A model generated the notes under the pieces. The model worked only from the letters and a program-made list of their open reading frames with translations, made no database searches and was not told the origin of the DNA. Below are positions 32,565-43,259 of a stretch of 64,000 nt of DNA, piece after piece. The stretch covers positions 64,001 to 128,000 of IMG/VR virus record IMGVR_UViG_3300025000_000061; one strand, written 5' to 3'. The translations under genes and the position numbers were made by a program. Within the stretch, counting starts at the first letter, position 1; each line of letters opens with the position of its first letter. The stretch is from a virus.

Positions 32565-32602
32565 ATATAAGCCAAGATTATTATTTTCTTGGCTTATATT
32601 TT
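32565..32602 (+). terminator. Probable intrinsic terminator/attenuator after the ATPase gene
   Basis: ATATAAGCCAAGA/TCTTGGCTTATAT stem followed by a short T run. Confidence 0.6.
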
Positions 32603-32618
32603 AATAAAGGTGGGAATT

Positions 32619-33056
32619 ATGGCAAAAAAATTTGATAGAAAAATTTTATTTAATTATCTACAAGATAAATATGGTATTACCAAATTACCAAAACATTTCT
32701 TTATTAAAATGTCCAATATTTTTAATGGTAAATTAGATGGTTTATCAAAACCTATTTTACCTGAACATATGTATGATATGTGGATAAAAAAATCTGCTTA
32801 TTTAGACAAGATTAATAATAATAATATTACTAAAGGAAAAAAAATGGATGCATATGTTAGGTTAAATTATGACTTAGCTGTACTAATGTCTAAATATGAT
32901 AATTATTTAGAATGGTTAGATAAACAAAAAGCATTATCTTCAGAAAATGAAAGTTTAAAAGAAAATGTTTCTGTTACTGATATATTATATAAACAAAATA
33001 ATAATGAAGTAATAAATAATAATAGTATAGAAGATTTATTGGATGATTTAATATAA
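32619..33056 (+). CDS. Hypothetical replication protein (possible helicase loader)
   Basis: ATG at 32619 after AAAGGTGG; immediately upstream of the helicase. Confidence 0.55.
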   Translation: MAKKFDRKILFNYLQDKYGITKLPKHFFIKMSNIFNGKLDGLSKPILPEHMYDMWIKKSAYLDKINNNNITKGKKMDAYVRLNYDLAVLMSKYDNYLEWLDKQKALSSENESLKENVSVTDILYKQNNNEVINNNSIEDLLDDLI

Positions 33057-33062
33057 AGGACG

Positions 33063-34661
33063 TTGATATATTTGAATAACGATTTAGGAGATTTAAAAGA
33101 TGTTTTAATTAATGTTCAAAATGAAATGTTATTAACAGGATGTTTCTATAAAGAACCTGATTTATACATAAAATATGGTCATTTTATTAGAAGTAAATAT
33201 GATTATGCTGATGATGCAATGAAATTTTATTATGATTGTTTTGAATTAATGTATAAAACATTTTCTCAAACAGTTGACGAATTTAAAGTAAATACATTTA
33301 TGACACAAGATGCAGAAAGATTTAAAATTTATAGTAATTATGGTAGATACGAAACAATAAAAAAAATAATGGATATTGTAGATACTAACGATGTTGATAA
33401 TTATTTTGAAACAGTTAAAAAATATTCTTTAGCAAGGGAATACCATAGAAAAGGTTATCCAATTCAAAAAATGGTTAAACATCCTCGTTTTCAATCAATG
33501 ACAGCAGAACAAGTTTATAAAACTATTAAAGCAGGAGCAGATAAAGTTAGTACAGTAATATTATGCAATAAAGAAAGTATTGTTATTAATAGTGGAGTAA
33601 GTGATACAATAGATAATTATTTAATTACTCCACAGATGGGTTTAATAACATCTTGGCATATGTTTAATGAAATGTTTAGAGGTTGTAGATTAGGAAAAGT
33701 ATTATTTGATGGTTTATTATCAAATGAAGGTAAAACAAGAAAATTAATGTTATTAGCAGCTTATATAACATTAATAAAAAATGAAAAATTTTTTTTAGCA
33801 AGTAATGAAATGGATGAAGAAGATTTAAGGAGTTGTTTAATAACTACAGTTTTAAATAATAAAGAATTTAAAGAAGTACATGGTATTAATATAACTAAAA
33901 AAGAAAGAGAAGTTGTTCTAGGATTATATAAAGATGACAAAACTAATGAATTTATACATAGATATGCAAATGAAAAGGGAGAATTTATTGAAAGTAAAGA
34001 AGAATATATAAAGAGAGTTGTTAAAAATTCTAAAGAATATCAATTAGTTCAAAAAGTTGCTCAATGGGTTGATAGTAAAAGAGAAACACAATTATTTTTT
34101 AAAGATGTTGGTAATGACTATTCTGATGTAGCATTAGAATTTGAATTTAAGAAACATCAAATGATTTATGGTATTAAATATGGTGGATATGATACACTTA
34201 AAGGATTTCATGTTGATGATTGGCAAACTATAAAACAAACTGCAACAAAATTAAAAGAATTAATGAAAGAAATTGGTATGTTTTTATATGCTGTATTCCA
34301 ATTAACTGATGATGCAGTATTTACAGATATATTTGATTTAAGTAGTAACAATATAGCTAATTGTAAACAAATTAAACATATTGCTGATCATTTAAGTATG
34401 GGTAAAAGATTAAATAAAGAAGATTATCATAAGTATAAATATATACCTATAGGATGTTGGGGGCAAGAAACATTTGAAAATCTTAATCCTAACAAAACTT
34501 ATTATGGTGTAAAAGTAGATAAAAATCGTGGTGGTAACAAATCAGGAATAATGCTTTTTGATGTTAATTTAGATTATAATACATGGGAAAATATTGGAGC
34601 ATTAGTAAAAACAAATTATAATATTAATGAAACTAAAAAAAATAAAAATAAAAAAGGATAA
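33063..34661 (+). CDS. DnaB-like replicative helicase
   Basis: Variant Walker A GLLSNEGKT, SNEM, YDTLK, VFQL, DKNRGG. Confidence 0.85.
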   Translation: MIYLNNDLGDLKDVLINVQNEMLLTGCFYKEPDLYIKYGHFIRSKYDYADDAMKFYYDCFELMYKTFSQTVDEFKVNTFMTQDAERFKIYSNYGRYETIKKIMDIVDTNDVDNYFETVKKYSLAREYHRKGYPIQKMVKHPRFQSMTAEQVYKTIKAGADKVSTVILCNKESIVINSGVSDTIDNYLITPQMGLITSWHMFNEMFRGCRLGKVLFDGLLSNEGKTRKLMLLAAYITLIKNEKFFLASNEMDEEDLRSCLITTVLNNKEFKEVHGINITKKEREVVLGLYKDDKTNEFIHRYANEKGEFIESKEEYIKRVVKNSKEYQLVQKVAQWVDSKRETQLFFKDVGNDYSDVALEFEFKKHQMIYGIKYGGYDTLKGFHVDDWQTIKQTATKLKELMKEIGMFLYAVFQLTDDAVFTDIFDLSSNNIANCKQIKHIADHLSMGKRLNKEDYHKYKYIPIGCWGQETFENLNPNKTYYGVKVDKNRGGNKSGIMLFDVNLDYNTWENIGALVKTNYNINETKKNKNKKG

Positions 34662-34669
34662 TAATTGTT

Positions 34670-35713
34670 ATGGATATAAAAAGATTAAAACAATATATTT
34701 TCAACAATAATAAAGTAGATTATATTCTTTCACAAATTGGTTGTAAAAATATTGTTAGACATAATGATTATTATACATGTGCAAATTATGATGGAGATAA
34801 TACTAAGGCTATATGTCAATATTTTAATTCTGAATATCTGAATTGTATAAATTATACTAGAGATATTAAATACAATAAGACAAATAATCATTCAACTAGT
34901 ATAATAGACCTTGTTTGTTACAATAAAAAAATAAATATTTTTCAATGTGTTAAATATCTTTGTGATATTTTGGGATTAGATTATTATGAAATGGAAAACG
35001 AGGATGATATACCTGAAAGTTTAAAAATGCTTCAAATGCTTTATGATATGAAATCTGGTGAATATATTGAAGAAAATTATAAATTACAACCAATAAGTGA
35101 AAAAATACTTAAATATTATAAACCGTATGTTAATGATATGTTTGCTAATGACAACATATCTTATGAAATACAAAAATATTTTGAAATAGGTTATGACGAT
35201 GAAACTAATTATATAACTATTCCTATTAGAGATGAACTTGACAATTTGGTAGGAGTAAAAGGAAGATATTTTGGAAATAACAATGAAGTTGAAAATAAAT
35301 ATATTGCATTAGAAAGATATGCGAAATCAAAAATATTATATGGATTAAATAAATCAATTAGACATATAAAAAATAGTGGAAAATGTTATATTTTAGAGGC
35401 TGAAAAATCAGTAATGAAATTATTTGGTTATGGATATTTAAATTGTGTTTCAATAGGAGGGCATCAAATATCAAGAACACAATTAAATAAGTTAGTAGGT
35501 ATGTGTATTGATATTATAATTTGTTTCGATAAAGATGTAGAAAAAAATATTATATTAAATGAATGTAAAAAAATAAAAGAAAAAGGAGTAAATAAAGTAT
35601 TTTATTTATTAGACAAAGATAATATTTTAGAAGAAAAAGAAGCACCATGCGATGATCCAAAAAGGTGGGAAATATTATTACATAATAATATTTACGAATA
35701 TAAAGAAAATTAA
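34670..35713 (+). CDS. DNA primase (TOPRIM)
   Basis: IPIRD...VGVKGR, LYGL, EAEKS, FDKD. Confidence 0.85.
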   Translation: MDIKRLKQYIFNNNKVDYILSQIGCKNIVRHNDYYTCANYDGDNTKAICQYFNSEYLNCINYTRDIKYNKTNNHSTSIIDLVCYNKKINIFQCVKYLCDILGLDYYEMENEDDIPESLKMLQMLYDMKSGEYIEENYKLQPISEKILKYYKPYVNDMFANDNISYEIQKYFEIGYDDETNYITIPIRDELDNLVGVKGRYFGNNNEVENKYIALERYAKSKILYGLNKSIRHIKNSGKCYILEAEKSVMKLFGYGYLNCVSIGGHQISRTQLNKLVGMCIDIIICFDKDVEKNIILNECKKIKEKGVNKVFYLLDKDNILEEKEAPCDDPKRWEILLHNNIYEYKEN

Positions 35714-35729
35714 ATAGAAGGAGAATAAA

Positions 35730-37487
35730 ATGGATTATATACTTATAGGGAATAATGATATACATAATATTAAAGAGACAATATTAAAAAATCGTGGTAT
35801 TAAAGATATTGATACATATTTAAATTTAAATCAAAATGTACTTTATGATTATTCATTATTAGATAATATAAACAAAGGAGTAGAATTATTAAAAAAAATA
35901 ATAGAAAATAAATTACCTATATATATAGTAGTTGATTGTGATCCTGATGGGTATTGTAGTGCAAGTATTTTATATGATTATATAAAAACAAATTTAAATT
36001 ATACAAATTTAATATATATATTACAAGAAGGCAAAAAACATGGATTATCAAAAGAAGTAATGAATATTTTATTAGCAGAAGATCAGAAAATAGGATTAAT
36101 AGTATTACCAGATGCAGGTACAAATGATATAAAACAATGCAAAGAATTATTTGATATTGGTTATAGTATTTTAATTTTAGACCATCACCAAAAGGAAGAA
36201 GATAATTCATTCGCCATTGTCATAAATAATCAAGCATGTGATTATCCAAATAAAAATTTATGTGGGGCAGGAATTGTATATAGATTTTTATGTGCTTTAG
36301 ATGATGAATATTGGTTATCAAATGCCAATGATTATATTGATTTAGTTGCTTTAGCTAATATATCAGATGTTATGGATTTAAGAGAATGTGAAACTAAATA
36401 TTTAGTTGATACTGGATTAAATAATATAGTCCATCCTTTATTTTTAGCATTGTTAAATAGACAAAATTATAGTATTAAAAATATAGAATTTCCAACAATT
36501 AATGATATTTCTTTTTACATAACTCCTTTAATAAATGCAATGATAAGAATTGGTACGAAAGACGAAAAAGATTTAATGTTTAAAGCATTTATTAAAGAAT
36601 ATGATGAATTTGAATACAAACCTAGAAAATCAAAAAATAATCCAGAACCAACAATAATTATGGAATCAATTTATGATAGAGTTGCTAGATTTTGTATAAA
36701 TAATAAAAGTAAGCAAGCAAAAATACAAAATAAAAGTGTAGATGAAATATTAACTGTTTATGATGAAAGTAATAAAGTAAATTCAATTTGTTTTATTAAT
36801 GCTACTAAATTTGAAAATGTATCTAAAGATTTAACTGGTCTTATTGCAATTAAAATAGCAGATAAATATAGTAAACCTTGTCTAATATTAAGAAAAGATA
36901 AATATAAAAGTAATGATAGTGACATAATTTTTAGTGGAAGTGCTAGAAATATTAATGATAGTTTTATAGAAGATTTAAAATCTGAACTTGAAAACAGTAG
37001 TTTATTTGAGTCATGTACTGGACATTCTAATGCCTTTGGTACTTCAATTAAAAAAGATAATATACCTATAGCAATACAATATTTTAATAATAAATTTAAT
37101 AATATAAGTAATATAAAAACTCATAAAGTAGATTTTATTTTTGATAAAAATATAAATTATAAAGTAATTAAAGATATATATAGTATTAAACATTTATTTT
37201 CAGGATTTTTAAAAGAACCATTAATAGTAATTGAAAATATTAATGTAGATTTAATGAGTTTCGATATATTTGGTAGTGATGAAAAAAAACATTGGAAATT
37301 TCAAAATGATGTAATTGAATACATAAGATTTAATGTACCAGAAAATGATGAGATGCTTTTATTAGACACTTTTACTTATAGTAATATAATAATGAATATT
37401 ATAGGAAAAACAAATATTAATGTATATGGAAGTAAAACAACACCACAATTTATTATTCAAGATTATATGATTATTAATAAAGAATAG
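35730..37487 (+). CDS. recJ: RecJ-like ssDNA exonuclease (DHH family)
   Basis: DCDPDG, LDHH, DLVAL..ISD, SGSAR, GHSNAFG. Confidence 0.9.
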   Translation: MDYILIGNNDIHNIKETILKNRGIKDIDTYLNLNQNVLYDYSLLDNINKGVELLKKIIENKLPIYIVVDCDPDGYCSASILYDYIKTNLNYTNLIYILQEGKKHGLSKEVMNILLAEDQKIGLIVLPDAGTNDIKQCKELFDIGYSILILDHHQKEEDNSFAIVINNQACDYPNKNLCGAGIVYRFLCALDDEYWLSNANDYIDLVALANISDVMDLRECETKYLVDTGLNNIVHPLFLALLNRQNYSIKNIEFPTINDISFYITPLINAMIRIGTKDEKDLMFKAFIKEYDEFEYKPRKSKNNPEPTIIMESIYDRVARFCINNKSKQAKIQNKSVDEILTVYDESNKVNSICFINATKFENVSKDLTGLIAIKIADKYSKPCLILRKDKYKSNDSDIIFSGSARNINDSFIEDLKSELENSSLFESCTGHSNAFGTSIKKDNIPIAIQYFNNKFNNISNIKTHKVDFIFDKNINYKVIKDIYSIKHLFSGFLKEPLIVIENINVDLMSFDIFGSDEKKHWKFQNDVIEYIRFNVPENDEMLLLDTFTYSNIIMNIIGKTNINVYGSKTTPQFIIQDYMIINKE

Positions 37488-37497
37488 GATGTGAAAT

Positions 37498-40400
37498 ATG
37501 TCAAGTAGTTTACATAATCACTCTATGTACAGTCTCCAAGATGCTTTCGGTACTCCAAAAGAAATGTTAGATAGAGCAAAGGAAATAGGATTAAAAGCAT
37601 TTGCTATCACAGAGCATGGTAATGCTTATTCTTGGGTATATTTTGATAAAATAAAAAAAGAATATCCTAAAATTAAAATTATTTATGGTGTAGAATTTTA
37701 TGAATGTTTTAATATAAATATTAAAGATAAAGATAATAAATATTTTCATTTAATTGCTCTTGCAAAAAATGAACAAGGTAGAAAATCATTAAATGAATTA
37801 ATTACTAGAAGTGAATTTGAAGGTAAATATTATAAACCTAGAGTAGATTTAAATATGTTAAAAAATCATGCAGAAAATTTAATTATATTAAGTGCATGTT
37901 TAGCAAGTAAAATATCTAGAGAAAATGATTATGATAAATGTATAGAATACATTAAAGAATATAAAAGTATTTTTCCATATTTTTATTTAGAAATGCAATC
38001 TCATAAACATGTTGATCAAGAAAAGTATAATCAAAAAATACTTAAACTATCACAAGATACAAATACTCCTTTTACAATCACAACAGACAGTCATGTTGCT
38101 ATTAAAGAACATCTAAAATATCAGGCAAGACATGTGCAAATTGCAAGAGATGCAGATACTATTTCTGAATCTTACGAAGGTTGTTATATACAATCAGATG
38201 AAGAAATTCATGAAATTATGGATAGTCAAATTGGTAAAGAAAATGTTGAATTAGGTTTAAAAACTTCTGATGATATAGCAGATTTAATTGAAATAGTAAG
38301 TATGCCATTTCAAGAACCTCAATTGCCAACATTTCCTTTACCAGATGGATTTAAAACTAATAAAGAATATCTTCAACATTTAACGCAAATTGGTTGGATT
38401 AATAGAAAATATGACAAACGAACAACAAAAGAACAAGAAGTAAGAAAAGAAAGACTGGAATATGAGTTGGATATTATAGATAAAATGGGATATTGCGGAT
38501 ATTTTCTTATAGTATGTGATTATATTAATTTCTGTAAAGAAAATAATTATCCTATTGGTTCGAGAGGTTCAGCAGGTGGAAGTTTGGTATGTTATTTATT
38601 AGGTATTTCTACTTTAGATCCAATTGATTATAATTTGATTTTTGAAAGATTTTTAAATCCAGAAAGAGTATCAATGCCTGACATAGACCTCGATTTTGCA
38701 TATAAAGAAAAAGTTATTGAATATTTAATGCAAAAATATGGTGAATTAAGAGTGTGTCAAGTATTAAATTTAGCATCAATAACACCTGTAGTAGCAATTA
38801 AAGATGTTGGAAGAGTATTAAAAGATGAAAATGGGAAACCACTTATATCTAGTGCGACAATAAATAGTATAAGTAAATTGTTTACTGAAAAAGAATTTGA
38901 TAAATGTATGGAAATTAATGATACTGCCATAAAAAAATATACTAGTGAAATTTATAATGAATTATTTGATATTGCAAAAATGTTAAGTGGCAGAATAAGA
39001 CATGTTTCAACTCATGCAGGAGGAGTTGGAATTGTTGATACTTCAATATTTGATTATATGCCAATGAAATTAGGAGATAAAGGAGAACATGTAATTCAAG
39101 TTGATAAAGTAATGATAGAAGAAATAGGTATCATTAAATTTGATATTTTAGGATTAAATACACTTGTAATTATTGATGGTGTTAAAAAACGTGTTGGACT
39201 TAGTGATTGGGATATAGACCCTAATAATCTAGAATTTTTACATGATGAAAAAATGTATCAATTGCTACAAAGTGGAAAAACAAATAATGTATTTCAAGTT
39301 GAATCGCAAGGAATGAAAGATTTATTATTAAGACTTAAACCAACGTCATTAGAAGATATTTCAGCAGTTTTAGCACTATATCGTCCAGATAGTATGAGTT
39401 ATTTAGAAGATTATATTTATTATAAACACCATCAAGATGAAATTAGATATATACATGAAGATATGATACCAATATTAAAAACTACTAATGCTCAAATGAT
39501 TTATCAAGAGCAATTAATGGAAATAGTAAGAACATTTGGTGGAAGAACATATGGTGGTAGTGACAAATTTAGAAAGGGGATCGGTAAAAAAGACCCCGAA
39601 CTTGTTAAAAAAGAATCTGATAAATTATATGAAGAAATAATAAACAATAATTATGATGAAAAAATAGCTAAAATAATTAGTGATGATTTACGTTCTAAAG
39701 GATCTTATATGTTTAACAAATCGCATTCCGCATTATATGGTGTCACTACACTTCAAACAGCATATTTAAAAGCACATTATCCAGTTGAATTTTATTGTGA
39801 AGTATTTAATGCTTGTGAAGGTAATAATGGTAAACTTAACAAATATTTAGTTGAAGCACAGGAATTAAATATTAAAGTTTTACCTCCACATATAAATAAA
39901 TCAGATTATAAGTTCAATGTTCATGATGGACAAATATTATTTGGTCTTAATTCTATAAATCAAGTTGGAGAAAAAATTGTAGAAAATATTATAGAAGAGC
40001 GTAGTAATGGTAAATATGAAGGTTTAGATAATTTTATGAATAGAGTATTAAATATTTCAATTGCACAATTAGTAATGTTAATTAAATCTGGTGCATTACC
40101 AACAAAAAATAAAAATAATATGTTATTAAGATGTGCTGATAGATATACACAATCAGAAAAAGAATATAAATCTTATACAGATGTTAAAAGTTTACCTTCA
40201 TTACTAGAATTAAAAACAAAATGGGGTATAGATACAGATACTATTAAAGATAAACAAGAAAGACTAGTATTATATAATCAAAAAAGAAAGATAGAACATG
40301 AAACAATAAAATATCAAGAATGGATAAAAAAAATAAATGATAATAAAAAAGAAGCAATAGAAATATTTAAAAATAAGTATATGCAAAATGAACAGTTTTG

Positions 40401-40773
40401 GGAATTCGAAGCACTATCTATTTTTCTTAGTGATAATCCTTTTGTTGATATTGTTCAATATAATAATGAAAATTTTTATGAATGTGAAAATGGTGATGAA
40501 TGTGTAATTATAGGTATTATTTCAAGAATACAAAAGAAAAAAGATAGACATAAAAGAGATTATGCTTATATAAATGTATATGAAAGCAATGGATTATTAG
40601 AAGGTATTGCTTGGTCAAGTGTTTATTCTAAATATATTGATTTAATAAAAAAGAATAATAAACTTGCTTTTTATTCAGAAAAATCTAGTGATGATAATTT
40701 TATTATTAAAAAAATAAAAACAATTAATGAATGGATTAATGATAGAAAATTACATAATGTAATTAATATTTAA
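37498..40773 (+). CDS. dnaE: DNA polymerase III alpha subunit (PHP + Pol C family)
   Basis: LHNHS PHP domain, RGSAGGS, PDIDLD, KFDILGL, FNKSH, C-terminal OB fold. Confidence 0.96.
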   Translation: MSSSLHNHSMYSLQDAFGTPKEMLDRAKEIGLKAFAITEHGNAYSWVYFDKIKKEYPKIKIIYGVEFYECFNINIKDKDNKYFHLIALAKNEQGRKSLNELITRSEFEGKYYKPRVDLNMLKNHAENLIILSACLASKISRENDYDKCIEYIKEYKSIFPYFYLEMQSHKHVDQEKYNQKILKLSQDTNTPFTITTDSHVAIKEHLKYQARHVQIARDADTISESYEGCYIQSDEEIHEIMDSQIGKENVELGLKTSDDIADLIEIVSMPFQEPQLPTFPLPDGFKTNKEYLQHLTQIGWINRKYDKRTTKEQEVRKERLEYELDIIDKMGYCGYFLIVCDYINFCKENNYPIGSRGSAGGSLVCYLLGISTLDPIDYNLIFERFLNPERVSMPDIDLDFAYKEKVIEYLMQKYGELRVCQVLNLASITPVVAIKDVGRVLKDENGKPLISSATINSISKLFTEKEFDKCMEINDTAIKKYTSEIYNELFDIAKMLSGRIRHVSTHAGGVGIVDTSIFDYMPMKLGDKGEHVIQVDKVMIEEIGIIKFDILGLNTLVIIDGVKKRVGLSDWDIDPNNLEFLHDEKMYQLLQSGKTNNVFQVESQGMKDLLLRLKPTSLEDISAVLALYRPDSMSYLEDYIYYKHHQDEIRYIHEDMIPILKTTNAQMIYQEQLMEIVRTFGGRTYGGSDKFRKGIGKKDPELVKKESDKLYEEIINNNYDEKIAKIISDDLRSKGSYMFNKSHSALYGVTTLQTAYLKAHYPVEFYCEVFNACEGNNGKLNKYLVEAQELNIKVLPPHINKSDYKFNVHDGQILFGLNSINQVGEKIVENIIEERSNGKYEGLDNFMNRVLNISIAQLVMLIKSGALPTKNKNNMLLRCADRYTQSEKEYKSYTDVKSLPSLLELKTKWGIDTDTIKDKQERLVLYNQKRKIEHETIKYQEWIKKINDNKKEAIEIFKNKYMQNEQFWEFEALSIFLSDNPFVDIVQYNNENFYECENGDECVIIGIISRIQKKKDRHKRDYAYINVYESNGLLEGIAWSSVYSKYIDLIKKNNKLAFYSEKSSDDNFIIKKIKTINEWINDRKLHNVINI

Positions 40774-40787
40774 AGGAGAGTGAAATT

Positions 40788-43013
40788 TTGAGTTTTATTA
40801 TTAAAGGTTATATTTCTAGACAACAACCATTTTTTCAAAAAGGATCATTTAAAATGTATGGTTTTTGTCCTAATGATACATATTTAGATAAAGTATCTTT
40901 GTCTGATTATGGTAATATTACTATAAAAGGTGAATTACCATCATTAGTTGAAGGTAAAGAATATAAAATAGAAGTAGAATATGAGAAAAAAGGTCAATAT
41001 GAAAGTTATATTGTTAAAAGATTTTTAAATAATCCTATGGATATGAATGAAAACGAAGCATTTAATTTCTTATCAGAACTTGTTGGTATTAATTTAGCAG
41101 ATAATATATTAAGAGCATATCCTGATTTTATAAAATTAATAATACAAGGAAAAGAAAATGAAATTGACACTAGTAAAATTTACGGAGTGGGAGAAGCTGT
41201 TTTAAAAAGAATAAGTAACAAGATTAATCAAAATATTTTGTTTTACAATATAATTAGTGAATATAAAGAATATGAATTAACCTTAAACCAAATTCAAAAA
41301 ATATATGATGCATTTAATTCCTTTGATTTATTAAAAGAGAAAATGAATGAAAACCCATATCAATGTTTATGCTCAATAGCAGGTATTGGATTTACGATAG
41401 CAGATAATAAAATATTAAATAAAAACAAATCATTAATTAAATCAAGATATAGAATGGCAGAATGTATTATGTGTATATTAGAACAAAATGAAGAAAAAGG
41501 ACATACATGGATTAAATCAAATGAATTATATTCTGAATGTAGTAAGTTAACTCCACAATGTATGCAAGAATTTAAAGGTGTACTAGAACATAATGATAAA
41601 ATTTATTATGATATAGAAAATAAAAAAGTATCAAAAAAACAAACATATTACTGTGAAAAAGAAATAGCAGAGCGAATAATGAACATATCATTAAATCCAA
41701 GAGAATTAGATATTGATTATAGTAAGTATAATATGATTGGAGATATTAAATTAACTGATAAACAGATATTATCTTTAGAATATACTTGTAAATATAATTT
41801 TTATATATTGGCAGGATTTGCCGGTGGAGGCAAGACCTTTAGCACAAATGCTTTACTTGATATGCTGGATGATAATAATTATTCATATATACTATTAACT
41901 CCCACAGGCAAAGCAGCTAAAAATTTCTATAAAAATACAAATCGTCCAGCAAGTACAATACATCGTGGATTAGGTTTTAATCCAGCAGAAGGATTTATTT
42001 ATAATGAAAAAAATAAATTACCTTATGATTTTATTATTGTAGATGAGGCAACGATGATTGATGTGTATTTAATGAGAAGTTTATTAAGAGCAGTAAATGA
42101 AAAACATAGTAAATTAATATTTATTTGTGATCCGGCTCAAATACCTAGTGTTGGTTGTGGCAATTGTATTCAAGATATAATTAACAGTAATATATTCCCC
42201 ACTATTTTTTTAGATAAAGTATTTAGATATAAAGATGGTGGATTAGCAAAAATTGCCACTGATACAAGAAATGGAAGTAGTTTTTTGAATGATGATGGGA
42301 TACAAAAATTTGGTGACGATTTTATTTTTATATCAACTTTAAAAGATACATTAGTAGATAAAATAATTAGTGCATATAAAAAAATGCAAAATAAGGGTGG
42401 TTCTGTAGATGACATTATAATCATATCTGCATATAATGTTGGCGATTATGGTACATATAAAATAAATTCACTGATTCAAGATTTAGTTAATCCTTCAAAT
42501 GGTAAAATGGAATTAAGTTATACAAGAAAAAAATTTGAAATTAAATTTAGAGAAAATGATAGAGTGATGCAAATAGTTAATAATTATAAAGCACCTATTT
42601 TTGAACATGAAGATCAAACAAAAAATAAAGAAGAATATACTGTTGTATTCAATGGTGATGATGGACGAATAATAAAAATAGGAGTAAATAAAAAAGGCCA
42701 AAAATATATGGTTGTTGATTTTGATGGACAATATGTTATATATAGAAACGATGATATATATGATTTACTATTAAGTTATTCAATTTCTGCTCATCGTGCT
42801 CAAGGTTCAGGTTATCCATATGTTATAGCTATTACTCCACCAACACATAAATTTTTTTTAAATAGAAATTTATTATATGTAATATATACTAGAACTAAAG
42901 AATTTATGTATAATATTGGTACAATTGATACAATTGACTGTGCATTAAAGAAAAGTGAGAATTTAAATAGGAAAACTCATTTGAAAGAATTGTTAATAAG
43001 ATTAAATACATAA
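40788..43013 (+). CDS. RecD2-like SF1B helicase
   Basis: GFAGGGKT, TIHR, VDEA, Q..SVG, HRAQGS, LLYV..TR; HhH-like IYGVG and GIGF. Confidence 0.9.
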   Translation: MSFIIKGYISRQQPFFQKGSFKMYGFCPNDTYLDKVSLSDYGNITIKGELPSLVEGKEYKIEVEYEKKGQYESYIVKRFLNNPMDMNENEAFNFLSELVGINLADNILRAYPDFIKLIIQGKENEIDTSKIYGVGEAVLKRISNKINQNILFYNIISEYKEYELTLNQIQKIYDAFNSFDLLKEKMNENPYQCLCSIAGIGFTIADNKILNKNKSLIKSRYRMAECIMCILEQNEEKGHTWIKSNELYSECSKLTPQCMQEFKGVLEHNDKIYYDIENKKVSKKQTYYCEKEIAERIMNISLNPRELDIDYSKYNMIGDIKLTDKQILSLEYTCKYNFYILAGFAGGGKTFSTNALLDMLDDNNYSYILLTPTGKAAKNFYKNTNRPASTIHRGLGFNPAEGFIYNEKNKLPYDFIIVDEATMIDVYLMRSLLRAVNEKHSKLIFICDPAQIPSVGCGNCIQDIINSNIFPTIFLDKVFRYKDGGLAKIATDTRNGSSFLNDDGIQKFGDDFIFISTLKDTLVDKIISAYKKMQNKGGSVDDIIIISAYNVGDYGTYKINSLIQDLVNPSNGKMELSYTRKKFEIKFRENDRVMQIVNNYKAPIFEHEDQTKNKEEYTVVFNGDDGRIIKIGVNKKGQKYMVVDFDGQYVIYRNDDIYDLLLSYSISAHRAQGSGYPYVIAITPPTHKFFLNRNLLYVIYTRTKEFMYNIGTIDTIDCALKKSENLNRKTHLKELLIRLNT

Positions 43014-43043
43014 GAATATTATTAAAATACTAAAATAAATATG

Positions 43044-43072
43044 TTGACATATATCCACCAATCATTTATAAT
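43044..43072 (+). promoter_or_regulatory. Sigma-A promoter
   Basis: TTGACA-17-TATAAT. Confidence 0.85.
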
Positions 43073-43191
43073 ATAAATAAAAAATAATTAAGAAAACAAA
43101 TAAAAATAATTAAAAGTGTTGATTTTGCAGAATTATCTAAAACTACATACATCACAAACCCTTATAAATCAACACTTTCTAATTATCAATA

Positions 43192-43219
43192 TTTGCACAA
43201 AATCGATGTTTTGTAACGA
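43192..43219. repeat. 28-bp 11-6-11 boundary site
   Basis: TTTGCACAAAA-TCGATG-TTTTGTAACGA. Confidence 0.7.
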
Positions 43220-43259
43220 TTTACCAAATTAAATAAAATACTTAAAGGAGAATAATTAT